From: Candidatus Bathyarchaeota archaeon
GTDB taxonomy: Archaea; Thermoproteota; Bathyarchaeia; Bathyarchaeales; Bathycorpusculaceae
NCBI GenBank assembly: GCA_963702095.1
Contig: OY969706.1
Span: 1,792,001 to 1,856,000, forward strand
Direction of reading: 5' to 3'
DNA length: 64,000 bases
Below are positions 20,358-29,053 of this stretch, in pieces. Position numbers and translations under genes: made by a program. How positions within the stretch are numbered: the first letter of the stretch is position 1; each line of letters starts with the position of its first letter. A model generated the notes under the pieces. The model was not told where the DNA came from and did not search any database. It saw only the letters and a program-made list of their open reading frames with translations.

Positions 20358-21503
20358 CTATAATGGAGTTGCCGTTGGCTGAGCAGCCTGCTCTGCAGTT
20401 GTTGCTGGAGCAGGCGGTTTAATCTTGTTTCTTGTGCTAAAGATTTTCCACGCAGCCACAGGCAACCAACCGGTGATGATGCAGACAGTCGCGGGGAAGC
20501 CTTTGATGCCAAAGTAACCGGTTATTTCAGGTAGAAAAGCTTCCCATATACCAAAGGACAATGCAATTGCGGCAGCCGCTATTAAACCGGCGCGTACATC
20601 AAATTTCTTGTAAGTTTGTGTAACCAAGATTCCCGCAAAGAAGAAATCACCTAATCCCAGACCGCGAAGCCCAATTTCACCCGCCTGAGTCAAAACCAAA
20701 GGCAGGTTAGGCAAATAAACCAGTACCGGAAGACCTAGACCGGTGAAGGTTTGGGCTGCAGCCACCATTGGTCCAGTGAAAACTAAGATTACGTCGATTA
20801 TTGGCAGGACGGCGGCGAAGATCCAGGTTGTCTTCCAACTGAACAGGGATGAGAGGTAGAGGATGATGAGGATGGCGAAGGTGAAGGCGAAGACATCCAT
20901 TAATATGGGGAACCAAACGTTGAAGGCGCCATTGTATATTGCTGCGAAAAAGAGAAACAGGAGCACGAACAGGGCTGGCGGCTGAGCAGCGAGGTACCAT
21001 CTCGGCTTTGTGATGCTGTATTTCTGTTCAAACGCCACTGCGGCAAAGCAGAGGCCTGAGAGGACAAAAAACGCTATTGCCCTATAGATTGTGTATTCGT
21101 CGGTGAATGGCGCGGCAAAGCTGGAGAACCCTGCGATTAATGCGCTGACGCCGAAGGCGGTGGAGATGATTTGTGCACGTACCCTAGTCAGGTTGGTGAA
21201 GACATAGGAGAATGTGAAGAGCAGCATGGTGTAGGATGCTAGGAATAAGAGCAGTAGAAGGTTTGGCACTAAGCCGCTTGGGTTAACGGTGGATGTATAG
21301 CCGATAACTACAACCATAATTACGATGAAAGCCGCAAGTGCAAGTATATCGCGTGTCTTGAACTCTTTCTGTTCAACCGTTGCCACCAACTTTTTTTCAA
21401 CACGCATGTTGAGGAACATAGCTACCGTTATCACTATGAAGAGCGCTATGGGCATGGCAAGGTCAAGAGTCGGCATAGGCTTCACAATAACCAAAAGAAA
21501 CAT
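20358..21503 (-). CDS. GxGD intramembrane aspartyl protease (presenilin/signal-peptide-peptidase-like)
   Basis: Multiple TM helices; IIDVILV, GLGLGDFFF and FPAT motifs. Confidence 0.75.
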   Translation of the reverse strand: MFLLVIVKPMPTLDLAMPIALFIVITVAMFLNMRVEKKLVATVEQKEFKTRDILALAAFIVIMVVVIGYTSTVNPSGLVPNLLLLLFLASYTMLLFTFSYVFTNLTRVRAQIISTAFGVSALIAGFSSFAAPFTDEYTIYRAIAFFVLSGLCFAAVAFEQKYSITKPRWYLAAQPPALFVLLFLFFAAIYNGAFNVWFPILMDVFAFTFAILIILYLSSLFSWKTTWIFAAVLPIIDVILVFTGPMVAAAQTFTGLGLPVLVYLPNLPLVLTQAGEIGLRGLGLGDFFFAGILVTQTYKKFDVRAGLIAAAAIALSFGIWEAFLPEITGYFGIKGFPATVCIITGWLPVAAWKIFSTRNKIKPPAPATTAEQAAQPTATPL

Positions 21504-21544
21504 TTATTCCTTTAGCCAAAATCCCCAAAACTTAAGCAGAAGGC

Positions 21545-22414
21545 TCAATAGGGGAAATAAACGTTAAAAATGGCTAAAGTAGCCAAAAGCGCCTCTTCAG
21601 TGCGAACGGTAACTGTACCCTGATTGGGAACCGTGTTCACCATAAAATCTGATAGCTCAGACAAATTTAGAGATTCATCTTCGACAATCTCATGGAGTCC
21701 ACGTGAGGGTGCGCCAAAAGCTACCAAAACATGGTTGCTGCCAAGCCATCTCTGGCTGATTTTGTCTAAAACATCGGTAAAGTTGTCGCCGACTCTGGCA
21801 GTAGCAATTTTCAAATCAAAAGCAGAATCCTTCAAAAGCTGCCCAGCGGAGCGTTTTTCAACGTGCACGGTGTAGCCCCAGTACAGCGGCACCTCGTCGC
21901 GGCTAACAGTTTGCACCTCCACATGGTCGCCTATGTTAACCACCTGCACAGTTAACCGCTCGCCGACACGATACTGTGTTTGCCTTAGAAGCGCAGACTG
22001 CTGAACGCCAATGTCTACCAGTAAACCTTCTTTGCCCCCAGACTGCACTAAGCCTTCGCGGTACTCGCCGATTTTAAGATGCTTGGTTTTGCCGCTCAAC
22101 GGGTGATGGGGCGTGCGTAGCGGCGGCAGAATCCCCGCGTATTGCAGGTCAGGCTCCAGTTTGAAGAGTGTTTTTCGGAGGTACTGGGGTGTTTCTATGT
22201 AGTTTAGGAGTAGGGCGATGAGGTCGAGGTCTTGGCGTTGATTGATTTTGGCGTTGTCTGGGTAAACTATGATTTGGTTTACACGGAAAATCGCTGCGGA
22301 CCGGGCGATTAAGCCGATTTTGGCGGTTTTTTCCCGCAGGTGAGGCGTGTCAGAGATAACTGAGGCTGGAATGGCGATTGAGAGCTTAACTTTATTCATG
22401 CTAACTCTATCCAT
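21545..22414 (-). CDS. SPOUT-family RNA methyltransferase (MTH1/SPOUT1-like)
   Basis: SIAIPAS, YIETPQYLRK, LPPLRTPHH, YWGY, NTVPNQGTVTVRTEEA. Confidence 0.92.
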   Translation of the reverse strand: MDRVSMNKVKLSIAIPASVISDTPHLREKTAKIGLIARSAAIFRVNQIIVYPDNAKINQRQDLDLIALLLNYIETPQYLRKTLFKLEPDLQYAGILPPLRTPHHPLSGKTKHLKIGEYREGLVQSGGKEGLLVDIGVQQSALLRQTQYRVGERLTVQVVNIGDHVEVQTVSRDEVPLYWGYTVHVEKRSAGQLLKDSAFDLKIATARVGDNFTDVLDKISQRWLGSNHVLVAFGAPSRGLHEIVEDESLNLSELSDFMVNTVPNQGTVTVRTEEALLATLAIFNVYFPY

Positions 22415-22450
22415 GCGCTTTTTTGTCTGCGTTGAGCTTAAAAGGCGGGA

Positions 22451-23590
22451 TTGAGATATAAAACTGCGGGTTGTTTGGAGGACACAGAGTTGGTTAAACC
22501 CATTTTAGATGATATGGAAAAGATTCTTGCAGTAGATAAAAGCGGAACCATAAACTACTATGTTGATTCGCCCAAGCATTACAGAACGGCACTGGAAATT
22601 GCAAAGGACATCACGGTTAACTATCCCAAACCAGGCAACATCGTCGTGGCTGGTATGGGCGGCTCAGCCATCGGCGGCGACCTACTCAAAGACTGGACAA
22701 AAGACAAACTGCGTGTCCCCATAGAAGTCAACCGAGAATACCAACTACCCCAATACGCCGGCGAAAAAACCCTCGTGGTAGCTTCAAGTTACTCCGGCGA
22801 CACCGAAGAAACCCTCAGTGCCTTCCTAGACGCCCTCAAACGGGGGTGCATGGTGTTCTGCATAACCAGCGGCGGCGCACTACTGGAAGCCGCTAAAAAA
22901 CACAAGGTGCCGCATCTGCAGGTTCCCGGCGGTATGCCTCCACGGGCAGCGTTACCCTACATGTTTGTTCCTACACTTGTCCTCTTGGAGAAGCTTGGTT
23001 TGGTTGAAGGCGTCGAAGACGAGGTAAAAGAAGCTTATTTGCTGCTTGAGAAAATCGTCGAGGAGAATGGACCCCAAAAGCCGGCGGTCGAGAACTTTGC
23101 CAAGAACACCGCATACCACATCGGTGATTCTGCGCCGGCGGTGTATGGTTTTGGCGTTTACCGCAGTGTGGCACAGAGGTTTAAGCAGCAGTTTAATGAG
23201 AACAGTAAATCCGCCGCTAAATGGGAAGTTTTCCCCGAACTTGACCACAACGAAATCGTGGGCTGGTCAGGTAGAGGCGAGCAATGCCGCTTTTTCTCGG
23301 TAATCTTCATCCGCGATAGTGCTGAGCCGGTTGAAATCGAGGCGCGGATTGAAACCACTAAGAGCATTATGGAGCGGGTGGGCTTAATCACGTTTGAACT
23401 TGACACACAGGGCACAAGCCTGCTGGCGAAGATTATATCCACTATAGTTGTAGGTGACTTCCTCAGCGTGTATTTGGCTGTGATGCGTGGAGTCGACCCC
23501 ACACCTGTCCCAACCATAGACTACCTTAAAAACTCGTTAAAAGAGAATGGGTTTAGGGAGAAAGTTGTGGCTGAGCTAGAAAAAGCCTAA
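22451..23590 (+). CDS. Bifunctional phosphoglucose/phosphomannose isomerase; true start probably slightly downstream
   Basis: GMGGSAIGGD, SYSGDTEET, PPRAAL, QFNENSK, PELDHNEI. Confidence 0.95.
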   Translation: MRYKTAGCLEDTELVKPILDDMEKILAVDKSGTINYYVDSPKHYRTALEIAKDITVNYPKPGNIVVAGMGGSAIGGDLLKDWTKDKLRVPIEVNREYQLPQYAGEKTLVVASSYSGDTEETLSAFLDALKRGCMVFCITSGGALLEAAKKHKVPHLQVPGGMPPRAALPYMFVPTLVLLEKLGLVEGVEDEVKEAYLLLEKIVEENGPQKPAVENFAKNTAYHIGDSAPAVYGFGVYRSVAQRFKQQFNENSKSAAKWEVFPELDHNEIVGWSGRGEQCRFFSVIFIRDSAEPVEIEARIETTKSIMERVGLITFELDTQGTSLLAKIISTIVVGDFLSVYLAVMRGVDPTPVPTIDYLKNSLKENGFREKVVAELEKA

Positions 23591-23631
23591 CAGCCTCTTT
23601 TTCTGAAGTGAACAACTTTTTGTTATTTGCC

Positions 23632-23806
23632 TTTTTTTCTCTTTATGTGAGGTGGCGTTTTGTGGGGTGCTCCAGGACTGTAACTGGTGGCGGCTGCTTT
23701 TTTGGGTTGCAACTGTTTTTGGCGTCTGTTTCGGTGTGGGATATCCGATTTTTTCCACATGCCATACATGGCTCCATGTTGGATTGGCCATGGTGTGGAT
23801 GTGGAG
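23632..23806 (+). repeat. Family A repeat, copy 2 (G/T-rich strand is +)
   Basis: Reverse complement aligns without gaps to 10666-10800. Confidence 0.95.
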
Positions 23807-24020
23807 CAACATACCTCCCAAAAAAACTAGTTCATGTACAAAAAAGTAACACGGAAAAAAGGTAAAACAAACAATAGTTGGTTACTTGTAAATCATGGTG
23901 TTTACAGGTTTAGAATGTTTTTCGGGCGGAGACGGGTATGAGGCTATCGGGCTTGGCTGTTGAGGGTAAGCTCTAGCAACAGGGGCTATATAGCAAAAAG
24001 CATTAAATGAAAAGGGAAAG

Positions 24021-25073
24021 TTAAGCCAAGAATTTTTTGAATTCCGCTTCCACAGTTTCCATTGGCAACATTTTAGGCGGATGCTTAAATCCATAAGCGC
24101 AAACCGCTTCGACTGCGCCCTTCTGCTTCCTTGACAGCGCCAACTTAACAGCTCGGACCACGTCGAGGAGGACGCTGCCCGCGTTGGGGGCATCGATGGT
24201 TTGGAATTTAAGGTCGATTTTAAGCGGTGTATTGCAGAAGTAGACGCCGCTTATGAAAAAGTAGCTATCCCGTTTGTTCTGCAGGAAATCCACATAGTCA
24301 GTGGAGCCTGCCACAACCTCGGTTTTGTATGGAAGCGCAGATGCGACGGATTGGGTTTTGATGTTGCGTTTGGTGTCGCGGGTGCGTTCCATGGTGTCGA
24401 CGGATTCTGTTCCTCCGCCCACGTCAAGCTGGTAGGTTTCGTTGATGTGGACGCCGCTGTCACTTAACAGTTTGAGAAGGGTTTTGTGGAGGGCGGTTGA
24501 GCCGACTTGGTCCACTAAGTCGTCGCCGACAACGGGTAAGTTTGCGTCTTCAAACTGCGCTGCCAATGAGGGTTCGCTTGCAACGAAGTTGGGTGTCGCG
24601 TTTATGAATGCGCAGTTAGCCGCTATGGCTTGTATAGCGTAGAATTGGGTGGCGTTGGTTGCGCCGCTTGGGAGCAGGTTAATGACGATTTCTGCGCCTG
24701 CTTTCATGAGGACTGCCGTGACGTTTGCGTCGGGTGCGGTGCTTAATTCAACGAGTGCTTTTGTTGATTCGCCGATACCGTCGAAGAGTGGACCTTTGGA
24801 GACTTTAACGCCCTGTTCTGGTACATCGGAGACTTTGGGGGCGTTGTTGGGTTTGGCGAAGATGGCTTCGGAGAGGTCGTAGCCGACTTTGCGTGCGTCA
24901 ACGTCGAATGCAGCCACTACCTCGATATTTAGAGGAGTCAAACCCGCCAGTAGGGGGTTGCGTAGTCCAAGGGTGTCTTGGGGGTTGGTTGTTTTGCTGT
25001 AGTATTGGATGCCTTGGATGAATGATGAGGCGCAGTTGCCTACGCCGATTAATGCTACTTTGACTTTGGGCAT
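24021..25073 (-). CDS. ino1: myo-inositol-1-phosphate synthase
   Basis: KVALIGVGNCASS, VAAFDVDARKVG, VGDD, TYQLDVGG, DAPNAGSV. Confidence 0.9.
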   Translation of the reverse strand: MPKVKVALIGVGNCASSFIQGIQYYSKTTNPQDTLGLRNPLLAGLTPLNIEVVAAFDVDARKVGYDLSEAIFAKPNNAPKVSDVPEQGVKVSKGPLFDGIGESTKALVELSTAPDANVTAVLMKAGAEIVINLLPSGATNATQFYAIQAIAANCAFINATPNFVASEPSLAAQFEDANLPVVGDDLVDQVGSTALHKTLLKLLSDSGVHINETYQLDVGGGTESVDTMERTRDTKRNIKTQSVASALPYKTEVVAGSTDYVDFLQNKRDSYFFISGVYFCNTPLKIDLKFQTIDAPNAGSVLLDVVRAVKLALSRKQKGAVEAVCAYGFKHPPKMLPMETVEAEFKKFLA

Positions 25074-25140
25074 ACTTTATGGCACCTTGCTTGGCATGCT
25101 TATGTAGTGTTACCTTATAAAAGCTACGCACCTGCCTGAA

Positions 25141-25275
25141 CTTGTTTTTAGTATTAGAAGAAGGCAGAGACCGCCTTACTCATCATCTTCTCGGGGGCTT
25201 AGTGGACAGCTTCTTTTTTGGTTCCGCGTCAGGTTTGGATTGACAGCTGGTTGTGGCGAATTCCGCAAGCAGATG
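25141..25275 (+). repeat. Family B repeat, copy 3 (diverged)
   Basis: TTAGAAGAAG...CCTTACTCATCATCTTC...GCGTCAGGTTTGG...GCTGGTTGTGGCGAATTCCGCAAGCAGA aligns with copy 1. Confidence 0.9.
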
Positions 25276-25389
25276 CATGTCGGTTGAAGCGGGGACTTCA
25301 CGTCTCCGATTAAGAAAACCTCTGTGTATTCAATAACGCTTATCTTTATGGTGTTCTTCAACAATGCGGATAACTAGGGTAAGATTAAC

Positions 25390-26349
25390 ATGGGAAACAT
25401 TACCGTCGCCGTTTTAGGCGCATTGGACTACAGTAGCGGCATAGGCAAAAAAGGCACCTCTACAGACATCACACTTTTTGACCTCAAAAAAGGCGAAACC
25501 ACCATTACAATGATTGAGCCCACACGTTACCCTGAACGGTTGGCACCCCTGTTCTATGCATGCGCATTAGCCACCAAAGCACTGGTCGTAGTAGACGAGT
25601 TATCCGCGACCTTGGGCGAGCAATTGGTTATGCTGCAATGCAGCGGCATCCAAAGCGGCTACTTCGTACTCCGCAACTACATCCCCAAAGAAAAAATCGC
25701 ACCCCTAATCAAAGGCACACCACTCGAAAACTTTGAGTTCCTCCCAGACGACCCTAACTTGATACGGGAGAAGCTGCTGGCTGAGGCTGCACAGGTTAAA
25801 CCAGTCGGTGACGCACAAGTGGGAACGGTGCCGGTGGACCATGCTTTCAACGTTAAAGGCGTCGGCGTCGTCATATTGGGCATAGTCGTCTACGGTTCAG
25901 TCCAGAAACACGCTATCCTCAAAGTGCTTCCCGGCTCCAAAACTGCTCAGGTGCGCTCCATACAGAAGCATGACGACGAATTCGAAGACGCCTCTATTGG
26001 CGACCGCGTCGGATTCGCTCTTAAAAACGTTGAAGTTGAAGACCTGGACCGCGGCGCAGTCTTAACCAATGACCCAGCCGTCAAAACAGAAAACAAACTC
26101 CAAACCACCGCTGAGCTGGTCAAGTACTGGCAGACCCCCATCAAAGCAGGCATGGTGATGCATGTTGGCCACTGGGCTCAGTTCGTAACCGCCAAGGTGG
26201 AAGCGGCGTCTGAGGGCGGCGACTTAAGAAAACCCACTTTGACGCTGGCGTTGGATAAGCCGTTGGTTTACCGTGCAGGCGACAGAGCGATTTTGATGTA
26301 TCTTGAGGGTACCAAGCTGCGGGTGGCTGGAACACTTGAGCTACCCTAA
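25390..26349 (+). CDS. Archaeal SelB-like protein (aSelBL) with a degenerate G domain
   Basis: GKKGTSTDIT N-terminus with no GxxxxGKT; EF-Tu/SelB domain II signature VDHAFNVKGVGVVILG...VRSIQKHD...GDRVGFALK. Confidence 0.88.
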   Translation: MGNITVAVLGALDYSSGIGKKGTSTDITLFDLKKGETTITMIEPTRYPERLAPLFYACALATKALVVVDELSATLGEQLVMLQCSGIQSGYFVLRNYIPKEKIAPLIKGTPLENFEFLPDDPNLIREKLLAEAAQVKPVGDAQVGTVPVDHAFNVKGVGVVILGIVVYGSVQKHAILKVLPGSKTAQVRSIQKHDDEFEDASIGDRVGFALKNVEVEDLDRGAVLTNDPAVKTENKLQTTAELVKYWQTPIKAGMVMHVGHWAQFVTAKVEAASEGGDLRKPTLTLALDKPLVYRAGDRAILMYLEGTKLRVAGTLELP

Positions 26350-26396
26350 AGTAGCTGCCTGAGTTCATTGTTGATTCTGGATAAACAAGGTTTATT

Positions 26397-26980
26397 ATGC
26401 TTCACGTTAGGCTCAAATCAGTGGGTCCTCTGAAGGCAAGAAACCGCGACGGCATACGTGCCAATGTACATTTGCCGAAACCTAACATAGGCTTCACAGG
26501 CGCATTGGAAAATAAACTGCCTTTTCTGGTTGCTTTCTCAGTGGTTTACGGCTTGGTCTTCATAAACTACATTGACATTGCGTCGTCAGGGTTAAACTAC
26601 GGCTACCACATGTGGCTGGTCGTTATGTATTTTTTGCCGTTTGCGGGGTTTTCGATGCTTAACATGAGAAACTGGAGCCTCACGCTGGGCTTAGGATTGG
26701 TTGCTTCGCTTATGAACGATGTCTTCTATGGCGCCGTCAAGTACCTTGCCGGTATCCCATGGGATTTGGCCGCTACTACAGCTTATGGTTGATACCGCAG
26801 GGTAATCACCTATTCAACTTGAACTTGGGCTCCACCATAATCCCAGTGTACTCTTGGATGATGGCGACTTCGATTTATCTGCGGATAGCGGCGGTTGTGG
26901 GTTTGCTTTGGGTTTGGCGGCGAAGCCAGAGGCAGCAAGTGGATAAGCAGACGGCGCGGTTTCCGCATTGGAGCTCTTAA
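26397..26980 (+). CDS. Membrane protein split by a frameshift near 26770; start uncertain
   Basis: ORFs 26397-26792 and 26759-26980 join as ...PWDL/GRYYSLWLIPQG... into one multi-TM protein. Confidence 0.65.
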
Positions 26981-27093
26981 ACTTCGGCGCAAGAATAGTG
27001 GTTGTATCTTTGTTGTAGCATTGACTTTTATATCCCGCTACTCCTAGTTTGCTTGATATTTTTAAAAAAGAATAAAATGGAGAATGAATTGTT

Positions 27094-27639
27094 TTGACAG
27101 AAACAAGAACTTCTGGTGGTTACCGAGCACTTGAAATAATTTTGGGCATAATCGCGTTAGTTGCTGGTTTCTTGGCGCTGTTTTATCCTACTGCAGTCGT
27201 AGTCACTTTGGTTGTGTTCTTCGGCATCATAATTTTGGTTATCGGCATTTTGCGGTTGGCAACTGCTGGCTCGTCAAGTTGGCTTCCGGGAGGGTCGCGG
27301 GGAACAAACGCCGCCATAGGCATCATACTAATCATCATTGGCTTGCTGATTCTGTTCTTTCCCCTGCCGGCGACGGTTACAATCGCAATTCTGTTAGGCA
27401 TCGGCTTGCTGATTTACGGCATCGGGCGCATCGTAGTCGGCATCGGCGCAAAAAACATGAACGGCGGAGTGCGGGCATTGCTAATCCTCTTAGGCATTTT
27501 GATAGCGGTGTTTGGGTTGATAGCAATTTTCTTCCCAGTGATAGGCGTCTACACGTATGCGTTCTTTGTCTCCATCGCTTTCATCCTAATCGGAATCGAC
27601 GCTTTAGCCGCTGGCGCTACTGGAACAAAGATGCTTTAG
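27094..27639 (+). CDS. HdeD/DUF308 membrane protein
   Basis: Repeated helical hairpins GIIALVAG..ALFYP, GIILIIIG..ILFFP. Confidence 0.85.
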   Translation: MTETRTSGGYRALEIILGIIALVAGFLALFYPTAVVVTLVVFFGIIILVIGILRLATAGSSSWLPGGSRGTNAAIGIILIIIGLLILFFPLPATVTIAILLGIGLLIYGIGRIVVGIGAKNMNGGVRALLILLGILIAVFGLIAIFFPVIGVYTYAFFVSIAFILIGIDALAAGATGTKML

Positions 27640-28352
27640 GTGCTTTGCCCCGACCAAACAACGTAGGAACCCGCCAAAAACCCGACGGCTACCAATGCCA
27701 TGATGACGCCCAGTAGCCAACGGTTTTTGCCGGCGCTTTGCCCAAGCTGAATGCCATACCATGTGACCCAAGCGACACCGAAAAAGTTTGATATAAACCA
27801 CGCCAACAGCTTATCTGGAAAAACCAGAAAAGGCAAAGCCATCAAAAAACCCACCGTCAAATAAATGCCAACTATGGATAGCCAGCCCAAAATTTCCTCT
27901 TTTGTTAGAACCCTACTATTTTCTTCCAGTTTTGCGTCTGAAACATAATTCATTATGTCCTTTGCAACCGCGTTTTTGCCTTCTTCGCTAAAGGTTGCAA
28001 GAAAAGTGTCGTCTAAACTGGTTTTTACCTGCTCAAGGATATCGGGGGCTTTGAGGCACCCTTTGAGCGTTATGAGTTTGTTACGGGTGTTGTTTCTCTC
28101 CATGGAGCTTGATACTGCGTAGATTAACCCGTCGATGACGCCCCAGCCAAGGCACGCGCCTAAATTCACCGCCACAATGTAGACGAATCCCGTGTTGAGG
28201 TTTGAGAGGGCAACATAGCCGTTGATGATTATAACCATAAGGACAGCGAACGCTATTTCGCCTGTGCGGTCAGTGTAGGAGAGGTATTTAGAGAACAAAA
28301 AATCGCCAAGTACACACATGTTAAAGGGGCAAATAACGCTATCGGAAGCCAA
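27636..28352 (-). CDS. Membrane protein, VIT1/CCC1-like
   Basis: DRTGEIAFAVLM...NLGACLGWGVIDGLIY; C-terminal ALPFLV helices. Confidence 0.65.
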   Translation of the reverse strand: MASDSVICPFNMCVLGDFLFSKYLSYTDRTGEIAFAVLMVIIINGYVALSNLNTGFVYIVAVNLGACLGWGVIDGLIYAVSSSMERNNTRNKLITLKGCLKAPDILEQVKTSLDDTFLATFSEEGKNAVAKDIMNYVSDAKLEENSRVLTKEEILGWLSIVGIYLTVGFLMALPFLVFPDKLLAWFISNFFGVAWVTWYGIQLGQSAGKNRWLLGVIMALVAVGFLAGSYVVWSGQST

Positions 28353-28965
28353 AGCTGCCGTCCTTGGGGTAATATACTACGCCGTGGGAAACCTCCACTT
28401 CTGAGACCTGTTTGCCCTTGCCCCTGCACTCTGCAACACTGCTGTCGAGGTCCGCTTCAAACTTCGCCCACTCCTCCTCAGACCAATCTTCCTTCTGCTT
28501 GAGCTTTGCCAGCAACTCCTCCCGGGAATGGGGGCCCAACATTTTGCGGCGAAGTGCCCCACCCATCATCTTACGGTAACTGTAGCCCTCGAAGAGATAG
28601 GGGGCACCTGAAAAACCCATGCCGCGCAGAGCCTCCGCCACGGCGCTTGGAAGCACACTCCAGTCGGGGTAGGCTAAGAACTCGTAGGGTTCAGGCACAT
28701 CGCCTTTTCTTTTGGGTTTTGGGGTTCGCCAGACCCAAGGCGCATGGTTGGGGAACTCGCCGGCTGATTCTTCGGTTTCCGGTTCGACAGTTGATTTTAT
28801 TTTGCCCTGCTCGGGTTCAAACACGTCGCCCTTTCGGAGAAGGAAGCGGACTGCGTTCTGGTCGGGGATTTTGGCGATTTCAACCATGCCACCGCTTGTT
28901 CTCTGCTTATTCTGAATCCATTTCAGCGTTTCTTTGCCGCGTTCGGTAATCGATTTTTCAGACAT
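28339..28965 (-). CDS. Hypothetical protein
   Basis: 208-aa ORF co-oriented with its neighbours. Confidence 0.5.
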   Translation of the reverse strand: MSEKSITERGKETLKWIQNKQRTSGGMVEIAKIPDQNAVRFLLRKGDVFEPEQGKIKSTVEPETEESAGEFPNHAPWVWRTPKPKRKGDVPEPYEFLAYPDWSVLPSAVAEALRGMGFSGAPYLFEGYSYRKMMGGALRRKMLGPHSREELLAKLKQKEDWSEEEWAKFEADLDSSVAECRGKGKQVSEVEVSHGVVYYPKDGSFGFR

Positions 28966-29053
28966 TGCCTATTCCGTCTCCCAAGGACTGTTAAGTTCTC
29001 TGTTTGGGTTAGATTCTTTCAGATAAATAAAGAGGTATTATCAGCCGCCACCA

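Noticed and set aside
25390-26349. Evidence for selenocysteine usage
   Set aside because: The protein lacks GTPase motifs, and no in-frame TGA selenoprotein or tRNA-Sec is seen; HdrA-MvhD uses Cys
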